Made by a program: the position numbers and the translations under genes. 64,000 nucleotides of DNA from Mobula hypostoma. Lineage: Eukaryota. The stretch spans positions 47,742,001 through 47,806,000 of the forward strand of contig NC_086108.1 of the NCBI RefSeq assembly GCF_963921235.1, given 5' to 3'. Below, piece by piece: positions 11,590-25,694 of this stretch (its first letter is position 1; every line of letters starts with the position of its first letter). The notes below the pieces were generated by a model that made no database searches, was not told the origin of the DNA, and saw only the letters and a list, made by a program, of their open reading frames with translations.

Positions 11590-12430
11590 TTGATCTTCTG
11601 AAAGACTATTCCAGTAGTAGCATTGATAACAAGGAGCCAATGGATGTTGTATCCCTGATATTTCAAAAGGAACCATAAAGAAACACGAGATTAGGGAACT
11701 GAACGAGTATTTTGCATCTGTCTTCACTGAGGAAGACATCAGCAGTATACCAGACACTCAAGGTTGTCAGTGAAGAGAAGTGTGCACAGTCACAATTACG
11801 ACAGAGGAAGTACTCAGGAAGCTGAATAGTCTAAGGCTAGGTAAATCTCTCGGACCAGATGGAATGCACCCTCATGTTCTGAAGGAAGTAGCTGTGGAGA
11901 TTGTGGAGGCATTAGCAGTGATCTTTCAAAAGTCAATAGATTCTGGCATGGTTCTGGAGGACTGGAAGATTGCAAATGTCATTCCGCTATTTAAGAAGGG
12001 GGGAAGGAAGCAAAAAGGAAATTATAGACCTGTTAGCTTGACATCAGTGGTTCGGAAGTTGTTGGAGTTGATTGTCAAGAATGAGATTACAGAGTGCCTG
12101 GAGGCATATGACAAGATAGGCAGAGCTCAGCATGGTTTCCTTAAAGGAAAATCCTGCCTGACAAACCTATTGCAGAGATGTGAAGAAATTTTTTTAGCCA
12201 GAGGGTGGTGAATCTGTGGAATTTGTTGCCACAGGCGGCAGTGGAGGTCAAGTCATTGGGTGTATTAAAGGCAGAGATTGATAGGTATCTGAGTAGCCAG
12301 GGCATCAAAGGTTATGGTGAGAGGGCGGGGGAGTGGGACTAAATAGGAGATTGGATCAGCTCATGATAGAATGGCGAAGCAGACTCAATGGGCCGAATTG
12401 CTGACTTCTGCTCCTTTGTCATGGTCTTAT
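11590..12430 (+). mobile_element. CR1 LINE fragment with internal deletion
   Basis: ORF 11780-12211 (GPDGMHP...NYRPVSLTSVV...QHGFLKGKSCLTNL) jumps directly to 3'-end sequence near 12185. Confidence 0.85.
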
Positions 12431-12469
12431 GCTCTAAATACTATATCTTGAATAGTGGGTTATTTAAAG

Positions 12470-12561
12470 TAAGGGATCCCAACTTTTTTATGCCATGGAC
12501 CCCTCATGGTAACCCCTACCATAAACTGAGGGATCCTTGCACCCCAGGTTGAGAAGCCCTG
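12470..12561. mobile_element. 92-bp hAT MITE, same family as 9391-9470, opposite orientation
   Basis: 8-bp TSD ATTTAAAG at 12462-12469 and 12562-12569; degenerate TIRs; internal ATGCCATGGACC mirrors GGTCCATGGC of the other copy. Confidence 0.75.
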
Positions 12562-12669
12562 ATTTAAAGGATAGAAAACAGTTGGGGGAGGGGGAAAAGG
12601 GTAATTTTCAGTGTTACTAGTAAGGTACACAAGCTTTAGTTCTGAACCTTAACTATTTTTAATTTATTT

Positions 12670-13205
12670 ACCACATTGGTCTTTGCTGGGCATAGTGGAC
12701 TTCATGATTTTTATAAATGACCTGGATGAAGAGGCGGAAGTTTGCGGACGACACAAAGATTGGAGGAGTAGTGGATGGAGTTGTAGGTTGTCGAAGGTTG
12801 CAAGAGGATATAGACAGGATGCAGAGTTGGGCAGAAAAGTGGCAGATGGAGTTCAATCCAGATAAGTGTGAGGTGATGCATTTTGGAAGGACAAACCAGA
12901 AGGCTGAGTACAGGGTTAATGGTTGGTTACTTAAGAGTGTGGATGAACAGAGGGACCTCGGGGTTCAAATCCATACATCCCTCAAGGTCGCTGCACAGGT
13001 TGATAGGATAGTTAAGAAGTTAAGGAGGTGGAGGCTAAAACATTAGGGGTATTTAAGAGCCTCTTGGACAGGCACATGGATGAAAGAGAAATAGAGGGTT
13101 ACGGGGTAGTGTGGGTTTAGTACTTTTTTTCAAGGAATATATGGGTTGGCACAACATTGAGGGCCGAAGGGCCTGTACTGTGCTACAGTATTCTAGTGTC
13201 TAGTG
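12670..13205 (+). mobile_element. CR1 LINE 3' fragment
   Basis: KFADDTKIGG...WQMEFNPDKC in ORF 12717-13046; CTAGTGT repeat tail. Confidence 0.85.
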
Positions 13206-13614
13206 TATTCATATTGATCCCCATGTTTACTACAGGACAACACTGATTAAGTTTCCAAAGTATTGGCTGTAAAACACGGCAAAGGGAAAGGTAAGTCCTG
13301 AGTTAAGAGAGATCTTTTATAAATCCTTTTGTTTCATTCGGTAACATTACCTCCTACAATTTTTTTCTGAATTATATACACTTAACAATAGGTGAATCAG
13401 CAAAGTACAAAATGTTTGGTAAGTGCTCAGCATTACAACAGCAGAAATTTGAAATTTGTACTGAATGAATGAAAGAAATTTTGTGCATTCAATGGATGGA
13501 AATGTGGCATGTACAGGCAAAAATACATAGTGGGAGCAGAATTATTGAATAGGCTTCATGTTTGATACTTTGCTTTTGGATTACCTAATATGATATTATT
13601 GGCTGTTTTTTCAG

Positions 13615-13693
13615 AATTTTGTCTTCCGATAGCAACGTTCAGGACTTTGAGAAACTTATGGAGATTCTGCACATCTTTCTAACTAATGAAAAG
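13615..13693 (+). CDS. Exon of unidentified host gene (ILSSDSNVQDFEKLMEILHIFLTNEK)
   Basis: Acceptor CTGTTTTTTCAG, donor AAG/GTATGA; 79 nt open, phase 2 to phase 0; unique sequence. Confidence 0.8.
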
Positions 13694-13754
13694 GTATGAA
13701 TTTTTTTTCAAGAAAATTGTTTTAATGTTTAGAGCAGCTTCTGTAGGTGTGTGC

Positions 13755-14370
13755 TGAGTTGACTGGCTGCATCACAGCCTGGTATGGAAACATCAATGCC
13801 CTTGAATGGAAAATAGTACAAAAAGTACTAGATACGGTCCGGTCCATCACGGATAAAGCCCTCCCCACTATTGAGCACATCTACATGGAGCTTTGTCGTA
13901 GGAAAGCAGCATCCATCATCGGGGATCCCCACCACCCAGATCATACTCTCTTCTTGCTAATGCCATCAGGAGGAAGGTACAAGAGCCTCAGGACTCACAC
14001 CATCAGGTTCAGGAACAGTTATTACCCCTCAACTATCAGATGCTTGAATCAAAGGGGATAACTTCACTCAACTTCATTTGCCCCATCACTGAACTTTCTC
14101 ACAACCTATGGACTCACTTTCAAGGATTCTCTATCTCATGTTCTTGATGTTTCTTGCTTGCTTGCTTGCTTGCTTGCTTATTTATTTATTATTTCTTCCC
14201 CTTTGCCCCCCTTTCTTGTATTTGCACAGTGGTTGCCTGCCCTTTTGGTGCAATCTTTTATTGAGTTTACTATGATTATTGGATTTATAGAGTATGCCCA
14301 TAAGAAAATGATTCTCAGGGTTGTATATAATGACATTTATATACTTTGCTAAACTTACTTTGAACTTTCA
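13755..14370 (+). mobile_element. Rex1/Babar-like LINE 3' end with (CTTG)n/(TTTA)n microsatellite in the 3' UTR
   Basis: ORF 13747-14061: LTGCITAWYGN...IIGDPHHPDH...PSGGRY...RFRNSYYP. Confidence 0.75.
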
Positions 14371-14660
14371 CTTAATAATTGTTATAATGATAAAATAATG
14401 GCAGTTATGTAATCAAGTTCTTGGTTCTTGTTTGCAAAAGAAAATATATCATGAAGTTTGAAAAAGATTAGATTAGCTTTATTTGTCATGTGTACATCAA
14501 AACATACAGTGAAAGGTGTCATATGCATTAGATGAAATTAGTGATTATTGTGCTAGGCTTCTGGCGCCAAGAATGCATGTTTTGCTTTCCATTTTGCCAA
14601 TCTAAACTTACATCAATTATGATAAATTATTTAAGTATTCAATTTACTTCCTTCCTACAG

Positions 14661-14728
14661 ACAAGTAATTCTGCCATGGGAATATCCGCACAGGATTTGC
14701 ATGAATGCTTTACTCATGAAGATTATAG
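14661..14728 (+). CDS. Exon of unidentified host gene (TSNSAMGISAQDLHECFTHEDY)
   Basis: Acceptor TACTTCCTTCCTACAG, consensus donor AG/GTAAGT; 68 nt, phase 0 to phase 2, in frame with the previous exon. Confidence 0.85.
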
Positions 14729-16959
14729 GTAAGTTACAAAAAAAAAAGACATTGACGTACTGTAGAAGTTGACTTCCTTTATGGAATTTGACCTCAGTGT
14801 GCTTGTTATTAAGTCACAAAGTTGTTATGTCGCTTCACTGGTTTTACCTGATAAAACAAAATTATTGCTTTATTTGTTAGGCAAGTATCAAATTGTAACA
14901 GTAACGTAAAGCTACAATTAATACAGCAGCATTTAAAAGTTTGGAGAAGGCATTATCGATTCTGGAAATGGTGTAAAATCTAAATTCTATAGGTCAAATT
15001 GATGATTTATATACAAAATATTAAATGCTTAAAAGCAAAGAAAAATGAGGATCATAGTATTTATTTTGCTTCAAATCTCGTAAATATGAATGAGTGCTTA
15101 CAAAATCCCATATGGCAAAACCTTTAAAATTCTAACTGAGGAATTGATTAGAATCTTAGTCAAAATGTTCCTGTACAACTGGTACCCTGCATTCTACCTT
15201 AACACATTCTCTTACACTCACGCATTCTCTCCTGCCACTCTATTTTCATTTACTATATATGTACATATCTTCAAGTTTCTGTTCAAGTGCCTATCCATTC
15301 CTTCACATTTTGTGATTGATCAAATTTTAATTTATAGATGATGTTCCAGTAAAGGATGTCATGGTGTCATTTGCAGAGATTAAAGCAATTTTCCATTTTT
15401 TTGAACTGAAGTTATAAAAAGGTGTAAAGGTGGACTAAAGATCTTTATCTGGAAATAATAATTTAAAGCTAGTCTAAGAGCAGACAAATTTATCCCAGTA
15501 AATATCTTACATTCTTACATTTTGTGTTGATCTATTGGAAATGTTCAATTAGCAAATTAGCAAATGGTAGTGAAAGTACAGTGTGTTGTGCAGTCCATAA
15601 ATATGCATTTTATTGTTCACTAGAGAATAAAGAAATGTTTTGTACTGCAAAACAATATTTGTGTTGTCTGGATTCTTAATGCATTTTGGTTTGGGATAGA
15701 TCTAAAATTGCATTATAGATCTCGTGTCTCTATAAATTACATCTTCAAAATGCGTCACTTAATGGGACACACTGTGTACACCATAAAATTTTACTTTCAT
15801 TACATGCAGTGAATCTCCAGGATTCAAAGCATGTCAGAATCAGGTTTATTATGACTATCATATATAATACGAAATGTGTTGCTTCCAACAGCAACATAAA
15901 ATTACTATAAATTATAAAATAGTGCAAGAAAGAAGGAATAATGAGGTAGTATTAATAGGTTCATGGACTATTTGGAAAGCTGACGGCGGAGGGAAAGAAG
16001 CTGTTCCTGCATCAATGTGATTCATTTTATTTTGTAATAAAATTAGATAAGAATAGATATGGGAACACTTATGTTCCAGTTTCATGTTATTGTCGAGCAA
16101 GAGGAAGAATGAAAATTACTGCTAAATTTGCAAATATTTGAGCATAACCTTAAATTCCTACAGCAAACAGATAAAGCAGAGGTGACAATTGCCCAGACTT
16201 CTATTTTGAATTTTGCTATAGTATCTAGTATGGTTTTTAACATTTTTTTTGTTTTTGTTGGTGAACTTAAATTCATTTCTGGCAATGTTTTACCATGTGA
16301 TTTAACATTAATTTAACTTTGGATTAGTTTTTTTTCAATATCATAGCATTTAGTCAAAAGACATGTTAATAAGTGTAAGGAATGCTGTTTTCATCACATC
16401 TAATTTATGTCCATGGGACATGCTGAATCTATTTATAACCAACACAAGACAGTAAAACCCTACGACTGGGCTTATGACAGTTAAAGATTATTTAAGAGCT
16501 GGGATAGGTGCACTCTCAGAACTGCCCCTTCATTGGTCCAGAAGCTCCCTCAGAAATTTAGTATTCTATTGTGTAATATCTTTAAAAAAAAGTGTGTGTT
16601 AAAGTTTTAATAAACCAATAGTCTGGAAGATCTGCCTGCCAGATCCCACTAAATGTGCTAGATTAATACAGATTTACCTTACTATAATACCAAGAGATAT
16701 GGAGCAGAATTTGGCTACTTGGCTCATTGAATTTGTTCTGCCATTCAACTGTTGCTCATTTTATGCACTATGTAAGTTTTTGCCAGGATAGGAGTTGTTT
16801 TCAAAATGAATGGAGGCATTTCTAGTCAAGTAGGCTTGGAATTAGACATTTTGTATCAATTTCTAATTGTTTGGTGTGTTGTACATTAAGCACTGAGCAC
16901 CTTGTTTTAATCCAGATCTTCGATGACCGCAATATTTTCATTCTAAAAATGCGTGAATA

Positions 16960-19900
16960 TAAGACATAGCCTTTTTACAGTGGCGTAAAGTAAATTACTG
17001 AAGCATGAGAGAGGAGCTAGCAAAAGTGATGGCAGAACGGCAACGGCTGGAGTTTCTGGGAGAAATTTGGAAGGCACAGAATAGATACATCCCCAAAAAA
17101 GAAGTATTCTAAAGGCAGGATGACGCAACTGTGGCTGACAAGGGAAGTCAAAAACACAATAAAAGCAAAAGAGAGGGTATATAATAGAGCAAAAATTAGT
17201 CGGAAATTAAAGGATTAGGGAGCTTTTAAAAAAGGCAACTAAAAAGCCTTAAGGAGGGAAAAGATGTAATTTGAAGTTAAGCTAGCCAATGATATCAGAG
17301 GATACAAAAGTTTTTCCAGATGTATAAAGAGTAAAAGAGAGGTGAGAGTAGCTTCTGGACCACTGGAGAGGTAGTAATGAGGAATAAGGAAATGGTGGAT
17401 GAACTAAACAAGTATTTTGCAACCATCTTCACTGTGGAAGACACTAGCAGTATACTGGAAGTTTGAGAATGTCGGGCAGAAGTGAGTGTGGTGACTATTA
17501 CAAATGAGAAAGTGTTTGGGAAGCTGAAAGGTCTGAAATCACCTGGATCAGATGGACTAAACCCTAGGGTTCTGAAATAGGTAGCTGAAGAGATTGCAGA
17601 GACTTTAGTCGTGATCTTTCAAGGATCACTAGATCCTGGCATGGTTCAGGAGGACTAGAAAATTGCAAATATCACCTCACACTTTAAGAAGGGAGGGAAG
17701 CAGAAGAAAGGATATTATAGGCCAGTTAGCCTGACTTCAGTGGTTGGGAAGATGTTGGAGTTGATTGTTAAGGATGGGGTGTCAAAGTACTTGGAGACAT
17801 GACAAAATAGACCAATGTCAGCATGGATTCCTTAAGGAAAAATTTTGCCTGACTAACCTGTTGGGGTTCTTTGAGAAATTAACAAGTCGGCTTGACAAAA
17901 GAGAATCAGTAGATGTTGTGTACTTGGATTCTCAAAGGGCCTTTGACAAGGTGCTGCACATGAGGCTGCGTAGCAGGATGAGAGCCCATGATACTACAGG
18001 AAAGGTACTAGCTTGGATAAAGGATGGCTGATTGGCAGGAGCACAGAGTGGGATAAAGGGAGCCTTTTCTGATTGGCTGCTGATGACTAGTACAGGTTTC
18101 CCCCGCCATCCGAAGGTAGAGCGTTCCTATGAAACGGTTCATAAGCCTGAATGTCATAAAGTGAAGAAGCAACTACCATTTATTTATATGGGAAAAGTTT
18201 GTGAGCGTTCGCAGACCCAGAAATAACCTACCAAATCATGCCAAATAACACATAAAACCTAAAATAACAGTAACATATAGTAAAAGCAGGAATGATATGA
18301 TGAATACACAGCTTATATAAAGTAGAAATACTTTTCCACAATAATTGCCTGCACTTTTCTCCGTAGTGAAAATCTCACGCCAGTGCTCTCGGCAAAAACA
18401 CGGCGCAAGCGCTCTCCAGTAGCCTTTAAGCTATGAAGCTGCCAAATCATACCAAATAACATGTAAAATACACAGCCTTTATAAAGTAGAAATAATGTAT
18501 GTACAGTGTAGTATCACTTACGGGAATCGGGAAGACAGCGAACACACTGATGATGCTGTGTTAGGCTGAGTCATCAGTGTTTGGGTGGTGCAGTGGCCCC
18601 CACCCTCTGGGCAGTGAACCAATACCGATCTGCGAAGCATGCAGGGGTACAGTGGTGGCCGGAACGCACCCAGCACATCTTTAAGAAAAAAAAGCTGAAA
18701 TAAACAAGCTCATTAATCAGGTGCCGCCCAACACGTAAATGTCGGCCCAGATCAGAGTCGACGCAATCAGCAATCACCTCTGATCTGGGCCAACATTTAC
18801 CTGCCAGGCGGCGCCTAATTAATTAGCTTGTTTATTTCAACTTTTTTTCTTAAAGATGTGCTAGGTGCCTCCCGGCTACCGCTGCATTCTCTGCGGATCG
18901 GTATCTGTCTGCTGCCCGGGGTTTGAGGTGGTGGGACACTGGGGTGTCATCTCGTCGTCTTATTTCCATGAGGATAGGCAGGTCATCTTCTTCTGTGTCT
19001 GCCTGCCTCGATGTCAAAGGTCAAGGTTCATCGTCTGCTGTGGCTGATGTGGAAGGCTTGTTTGACTGCTTAGCCTGGCGCATTTTTCTATCATACAGTT
19101 CTTTATAAGCACTCAAACCATCCTACAAATATGCCCTAAACCGACGAACCCTTTCAAAATTAAAGTCGTACTTTATCATTGCAGCGAAAATCTCATGCAG
19201 TTGCTTCACGTTCAGTTCCTGGATGACTTCACTTTCACTGCTGCATTCGGTTTTGATTGTTACCCTTTCCTCTTGCAAATGCATCAGCTCTTCATCTATC
19301 AGTTCTTGGTCATGGGATGCCAAAACCTCTTCAACATCATCTTTGTCAACTTCCACAAGCCAAACTCACTTTGTCCTTACTTCGTTCACCACGATCGAAA
19401 CGTTTAATTATGTCTAGTTTTACGCTAAGTGTAACACCCTTATGAGCTTTTTCAGGCTTTTCCAATACCTTAGAGCTCATCTTGCTAACAGCTGCTCACA
19501 GGCACGTGTTTAAGCAATGCCGGCTAGAATGCAGTTCCAAATCCGGGGGAGAGCGGCTGCTTGGGGCGCATGCTGCTTTTTCCACGCGTTGCCTTTTTTC
19601 GTGACAGTGAAAATACCTGTTAGCAAAAACAGGGAACTAATGTAGGTCTTTCGTAACAGGTTTCGTAAAACAAACGTTCGAAAAGCGGGGGGCACCTGTA
19701 GTGTTCCACGGGGGTCGGTGGTGGGACTGCATCTTTTTACATCACATGTCAATGATTTGGATGACTGAATTGATAGCTTTGTGACCAAGTTTGTGGACAT
19801 TACAAAGGTAGGTGGAGGGGCAGGTGGTGTTGTGGAAGCAGGAAGGCAGCAGAAGGACTTGGATCAGAATGGGCAAAGAACTGGCAGATGGAATAGAGTG

Positions 19901-20690
19901 TCAGAAAGTGTATGGTCGTGTACTTTGATAGCTGGAACAAAAGCATAGAATATTTGCTAAACAGGCAGAAAATTCAAAAATCTGACTTGGGCGTTCTCAT
20001 ACAGGATTCCCCTATGGTTAATTTGCAGGTTGGGCAGGTGGTGAGAAAGGCAAATGCAATGTTAGCATTTGGGTTGAGAGGACTAGAATACAAAAGTAAG
20101 GATTAATGCTGAGGCTTTATAAGGCACTAGTGAGGTCTCACTTGGAGTACTGTGAGCAGTTTTGGACCCATTATCTAAGAAAGGATTTGCTGACATTGGA
20201 GAGGGTTCAGAGGAGGTTCATGAGAATGATTCTGGGATGAAGGGGTTATTGTATGAAGAGCCCTTGATGACTCAGGGCCTGTACTCGCTGGAGTTTTGAA
20301 GAGTGGAGGGGGATCTCATTGAAACCTATTGAATGTTGAAAGGCCCAGATTTTGTGGATGTGGAGATGATGTTTCCTATGGTAGTGGAGTCAAAGACCAG
20401 AAGGGAGAGACTCAGAATAGAGGGACATCCACTTAGAATGGAAATGAGGAGGAATTTCTTCAGTCAGAGGATGGTGAATCTGTGGAATTCATTGCCACAG
20501 GCAGCGGTGGAGGCCAGGTCATTGGGTGTATTTAAGGCAGACGTTGATAGGTTTTTGATTAGTCAGGGCATGAAACATTTGGGGAGAAGGCAGGAGAATG
20601 GGTTGAGAGGGAAATGGATCAGCCATGTTAAGATGGCAAAGCAGAATGGCCTAATTCTACTCCCATCTCATGTTCTCATGGTCTTTTAAT
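16960..20690 (+). mobile_element. Decayed CR1 LINE ORF2 and 3' end, split by Tigger copy 3
   Basis: RT motifs QHGFLK, DVVYLD..RAFDKV, FFSQRMVNLWNSLPQ; the VTSGVPQGSV codons are interrupted at 18092/19699. Confidence 0.85.
18093..19698 (-). mobile_element. Non-autonomous Tigger/pogo DNA transposon, copy 3, with complete internal palindrome
   Basis: TA TSD on both sides; termini CAGGTTTCCCCCGCC / GCGGGGGGCACCTG; inverted arms ~18591-18757 and ~18778-18941. Confidence 0.92.
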
Positions 20691-22007
20691 ATGATTCTAA
20701 AATATTTCCATGGAAAAGGCATTAAAATACTTACATTACCTTAACTGATTGTTGTATGGTTGTTAGTGCACTGTACCATCTATGCATAACCTGCATGGAA
20801 TGCCAGAAATGGGCTTAACCAACTGAGGCAAATTTCCTGCTATCAATTAAGTACGAATGTGATGTTAAAATGGAAATTGGTAGAGTATGAGTAAATGAGC
20901 TAGCACAATTTGAATAAGTTTTCTTATTTGTAATTTTCTTGTGACTGTGTGGAGTTACTTCCATGTTTCCTTGGACTGGGGCTATTTTATGTTCTACATA
21001 TGAGATAAAAAATAAAATCAATTGAGCAAAAATTATGAAAGCACATAATTTTTAGCCAAAGATAAAAATACAAAACATTTCTCCTACAGGAGAATTTGTA
21101 TCTATTGCTTAGCTCACTGCTAAGTTGTATTGTTAGATTAAAGCTAAGCAGCTCAAGGTTCTTGACGTCAATCTTATTACGCTTGATGTCAAGAAGTGAT
21201 ACTAAGTTTTTAATCCTGGTGTAATACAGTTACTAAGTGGTAACACTGGGATTGATTTGAAGTTCCTCCAGAATGTGATCTTGAGGAACTGTACTGAGGT
21301 ATTATCCTGAGATGCTCTTCACTGCATGTTTCAGTTTCCTTTATTTCCCTTGCTAACTACATCATTTGGTGGATCACGTCCATTATATTAATGATGTGCA
21401 AGAGGATTCTGCAGTTGTAGTTTCGGATGTGATTCTGTGGTGAATTGAAATGATAAGAAATAGTTACTGCAAACATTATGGAGCTTTTATTTCATGGATA
21501 GAGTGGGATGATAATTATCCCAGGGTAGGAGATGGAGATTGTTGCAGCCCTGGCTAAGATTTATAAATCTTTGCTGGCTGCCAGTGAGGTACCAGATGAC
21601 AGGAAGATAGCAACTGTAGCTTTCCCATTCCAAGAAAGGAAAAGCCAGACAATTATAGTCCTGTAAGCCTATATTAGCAGTAGGAAAGTTATTGGGGGAA
21701 GACATTGACAATCCAAAAAAAGAAAGCCTAAAGAGTAATGGTGAAAAATGCGGGCCAAGTTAGAGGTGTGTACTTACATCATCTGCAGCTGGAAAACCAG
21801 AAGAAGGTGTGGGATATAAAGAGAAGGATTAGGTATGACCATGTTGTCATTTTTCAGTGGTCTTTGCATCTTTTCTGGCTACAGATTCTATAGCTGCACA
21901 CCATGAATGATTTGCATTCTCAGCCCTGAGTCCTTCAGCCCACGATTACAGACTTATGCCCTGCTGGCCTGCTGCTTCAGAAAAAGACTGGTGTGCTTGT
22001 GGGACAA

Positions 22008-23455
22008 AATCAGGTTTATTATCACTGATATATGTCATAAAATTTGTTGTTCTGTAAATTACTATAAATGAGTAGTGCAAGAGTTTTATAAGGAGGTGGT
22101 TGGTGTTCATGACTTAATGCACTGTTCAGAAATTTTATGGTGGAGGTGAAGAAGCTGTTTCTAAAACCTTGAGTCTGGGTCTTCAGGCTCCAATACCTTC
22201 TCTCCACTGGTAATAATGCAAAAAGGGCATGTTCCAGATAGTGAAGGATGCCACCTTCTTAAAACACTTCCTCTTGAAGTTGACTTCCAAGGTGAGTCAG
22301 ATTGTGCCCATGACGGAACTGGCTGAGTCTAGAACCCTTAGCAGCCTCCTGTGATCCTGTGCATTGGAGCCTCCATACCAGGATGTGATGCAACTAATCA
22401 GAATGCTCTCCGCTATACAGCTGTAGAAATTTGCAAGAGTCTTTGGTGCGTATCAAATTTCCCCATATTCCTATAATGTAGAGCTGCTGGTGTGCCTTCT
22501 TAATTGTTAGGCCCAGGATAGATCCTCTGAGACATTGATGTCCAAGATCTTGAAGCTGCTATCTCTTTCCAGTGCTGACCCACTCAGTGAGGACTGGTGT
22601 GTGCTCTCCTGACTTCCTCTTTCCTAAAGTCTTCAATCAGTTCCTTGGTCTTGTTGATGCTGAGTGCAAGGTTCTTGTTGAAGCACCACTCAACCAGCAA
22701 ATCAGTTTTATTTGTGTTGCCTTCTCATTGCCGTCAGCAGGGGTGTCACCAGTAAATTTATAAATGACATTTGAGCTGTTCTTAGCCACACAGTTATGAG
22801 TGCAGAGAGAATAGAGGAGTGGGCTAAGCATGCATCCTTGTGGTGGGCTTATGTTGATTGTCAACGAGAAGATGTTATTACCAATCTGATCTCCTAATGA
22901 GAAAGTTAAAGGTCCAGTTTCAGAGAGAGATACAGGAGCCTAGGTTTAACTACTTAGTGGTTAATGCTCAGAGGATGATGGTATTGAATCCTGAGTTGTA
23001 ATTGATAAACAGCAGCCTGACATGTGTCTTACTGTTTTCTAGGTACTCCAGAGCATTGTGGAGAGCCAGAGCGATTGCATTCATTGTAGCCCTGTTGTAG
23101 GGGTAGGTGAAATGTAGCAGGTCCAGGTTCTTGCTCAGACAGGAGTTAATTGTATACATGATCAACCTCTCGAAGGACTACGTTACAGTAGATGGGAGTG
23201 CTGTCAGTCGATAGTCATCAAGGCAGCTCAGTGCGCTTTCCTTGAGCACCAGTATAATTGATGCCCTTTTGAAGCAGGTGGGAACCGCTGATTGCAGCAG
23301 TGAAAGGCTGAAAATGTCCTTGAATGCTCCAGCCATTTGGTTGGCACAGGATGCTCTGACATCATCCTGCAAGACAGAGATACCAGGGTTGCTGCATGCT
23401 GTGGGCATTCGCACAGGTGTAGTGTTATTCTCCCATTAAAAAAACATGCATAAAA
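22008..23455 (-). mobile_element. Decayed Rex1/Babar-like LINE (RT and 3' end)
   Basis: Minus ORFs: VPTCFKRASII, HVRLLFINYNSGFNTI, PQGCMLSPLLYSLCTH, YKFTGDT, GFRNSFF. Confidence 0.75.
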
Positions 23456-24093
23456 GGACAAAGTTTTACTTGATTTTGCTGAAAGGTATCTAATTATATT
23501 CTTCGTATGTTGAATGAAACAAAGTAGAAGGAAATGAAATTGCTTACTTTTGAAAATGTGATTTTCTCATATTTATTGATCATGTAGCTGTAAATTCATA
23601 TTGTACCATACAGGCGAGACAAGAATTATACATCAGTTATTTACATAGCTAGTAACAATAAATTCTGCTGTCCTTTGCCATGTAAGCAACTATAAGTGAT
23701 GACTTCCATACATACACTGTGAAACACAGAATTCCAGGTTTTGCTAACTGATTTGTTGGGATAAACACTTGTGCTCTTTCTTTTGCTGGGCTCCATATTA
23801 AGTCTAGTATTTCAACCGATCTTTCTGACATTCCCCAACATTATGTTCCAGAATCTCAATCAGATCTGGAGAGAGCTGGTACAAATAGGAAACTCCCATT
23901 GATCTCAATAGGGCATGAAGGTCTCTGGATTATGAGACAGAAGGGAAGATTTCTTTCAAATTGTTCTTTGGTATTTTTGAGTTTTAATGTTATAAATTAA
24001 CTAATTTTAACAAATTCAGAAAATTCTAGTTAATTGGGTCACATTGGGACCAGTACATTTTGGCCCAATTAAGCGGCAGTAACAGATTATGTG

Positions 24094-25694
24094 CAAACCC
24101 CATTTCCAGAAAAGTTGGGATATTTTCCAAAATGCAATAAAAACAAAAATCTGTGATGTGTTAATTCACGTGAACCTTTATTTAACTGACAAAAGTACAA
24201 AGAAAAGATTTTCAATAGTTTTACTGACCAACCTAATTGTATTTTGTAAACATACACAAATTTAGAATTTGATGGCTGCAACACACTCAACAAAAGTTGG
24301 GACAGAGGCATGTTTACCGTTGTGTTACATCACCTTTCCTTTTAATAACACTTCTTAATTGTTTTGGAACTGAGGATACTAATTGTAGTAGATTTGCAAT
24401 TGGAAATTTTGTCCATTCTTGCTTGATATAAGACTTCAGCTGCCCAACAATCCGTGGACTCCGTTGTCTGATTCTCCTCTTCATGATGCGCCATACATTT
24501 TCAATAGGAGATAGATCTGGACTGGCAGCAGGCCAGTCAAGCACACACACTCTGTGTCTACAAAGCCACGCTGTTGTAGCCCATGCAGAATGCGGTCTGG
24601 CATTGTCCTGCTGAAATAAGCATGGACGTCCTGGGAAGAGACGTCGCCTTGCTGGCAACATATGTCTCTCTAAAATCCTAATAAACGCCACAGAGTCAAT
24701 GGTACCTTCACATACATGTAACTTACCCATGCCGTGGGCACTGATGCACCCTCATACCATCACAGATGCTGGCTTTTGCACCTTTCGCTGATAACAATCT
24801 GGATGGTCGTTTTCATCTTTGGCACGGAGAACTCGACCCCTGTTGTTTCCAAAAACTAGAAATGTGGACTCATCTGACCACAGCACACAGTTCCACAGTC
24901 TTTCGGTCCATCTGAAATGAGCTCGGGCTCAGAGAACTCGCTGGTGTTTCTGCATAGAGTTGATGTATGGCTTCCTCCTTGGGTAATACAGTTTCAAGGT
25001 GCATTTCTGGATGCAGCGACGGACTGTGTTGAGTGACAATAGTTTTCCAAAGTACTCCCGAGCCTAGGTGGCTATAATTGTCACAGTAGCATGACGGTTT
25101 CTTAGGCAGTGCCACCTGAGGGCTCGAAGATCACGCGCATTCAACAGTGGTTTCCGACCTTGCCCTTTACGCACTGAGATGTCTCTGAATTCTCCGAATC
25201 TTTTCCCAATATTATGTACTGTAGATGTTGAAAGACCTAAATTCTCTGCAATCTTGCGTTGATAAATGTTCCTTTTGAACTGACTAACAATTCTCTCACG
25301 AATTTTGGTACAAAGGGGTGAGCCACGACCCATCCTTGCTTGCAAAGAATGAGCCTTTGATGGACTCTACTTTTATACCCAGTCATGATACCTCACCTGC
25401 TACCAATTAGCCTGCTTAATGTGGAGTCTTCCAAACCGGTGTTACTTGAATATTCTGTGCACTTTTCAATTTTATTTTAACTCTGTCCCAACTTTTGTTG
25501 AGTGTGTTGCAGCCATCAAATTCTAAATTTGTGTATACTTACAAAATAAAATTAAGTTGGTCAGTAAAACTATTGAAAATCTTTTCTTTATACTTTTGTC
25601 AGTTAAATAGAGGTTCACGTGAATTAACATATCACAGATTTTTGTTTTTATTGCATTTTGGAAAATATCCCAACTTTTCTGGAAATGGGGTTTG
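24094..25694 (-). mobile_element. Full-length Tc1 (DD34E) transposon, transposase disrupted
   Basis: ~215-bp TIRs CAAACCCCATTTCCAGAAAAGTTGGGA with inner AAAAGTTGGGA direct repeat; transposase from ATG 25333 (MGRGSPL...GQGRKP) to 24314 (FQQDNARPH...SPDLSPIE, 34 residues between D and E); internal stop and frameshift. Confidence 0.93.

Noticed and set aside
21089..21122. Candidate exon after TTTCTCCTACAG
   Set aside because: Stop in the phase-2 frame required by neighbouring exons; weak donor.
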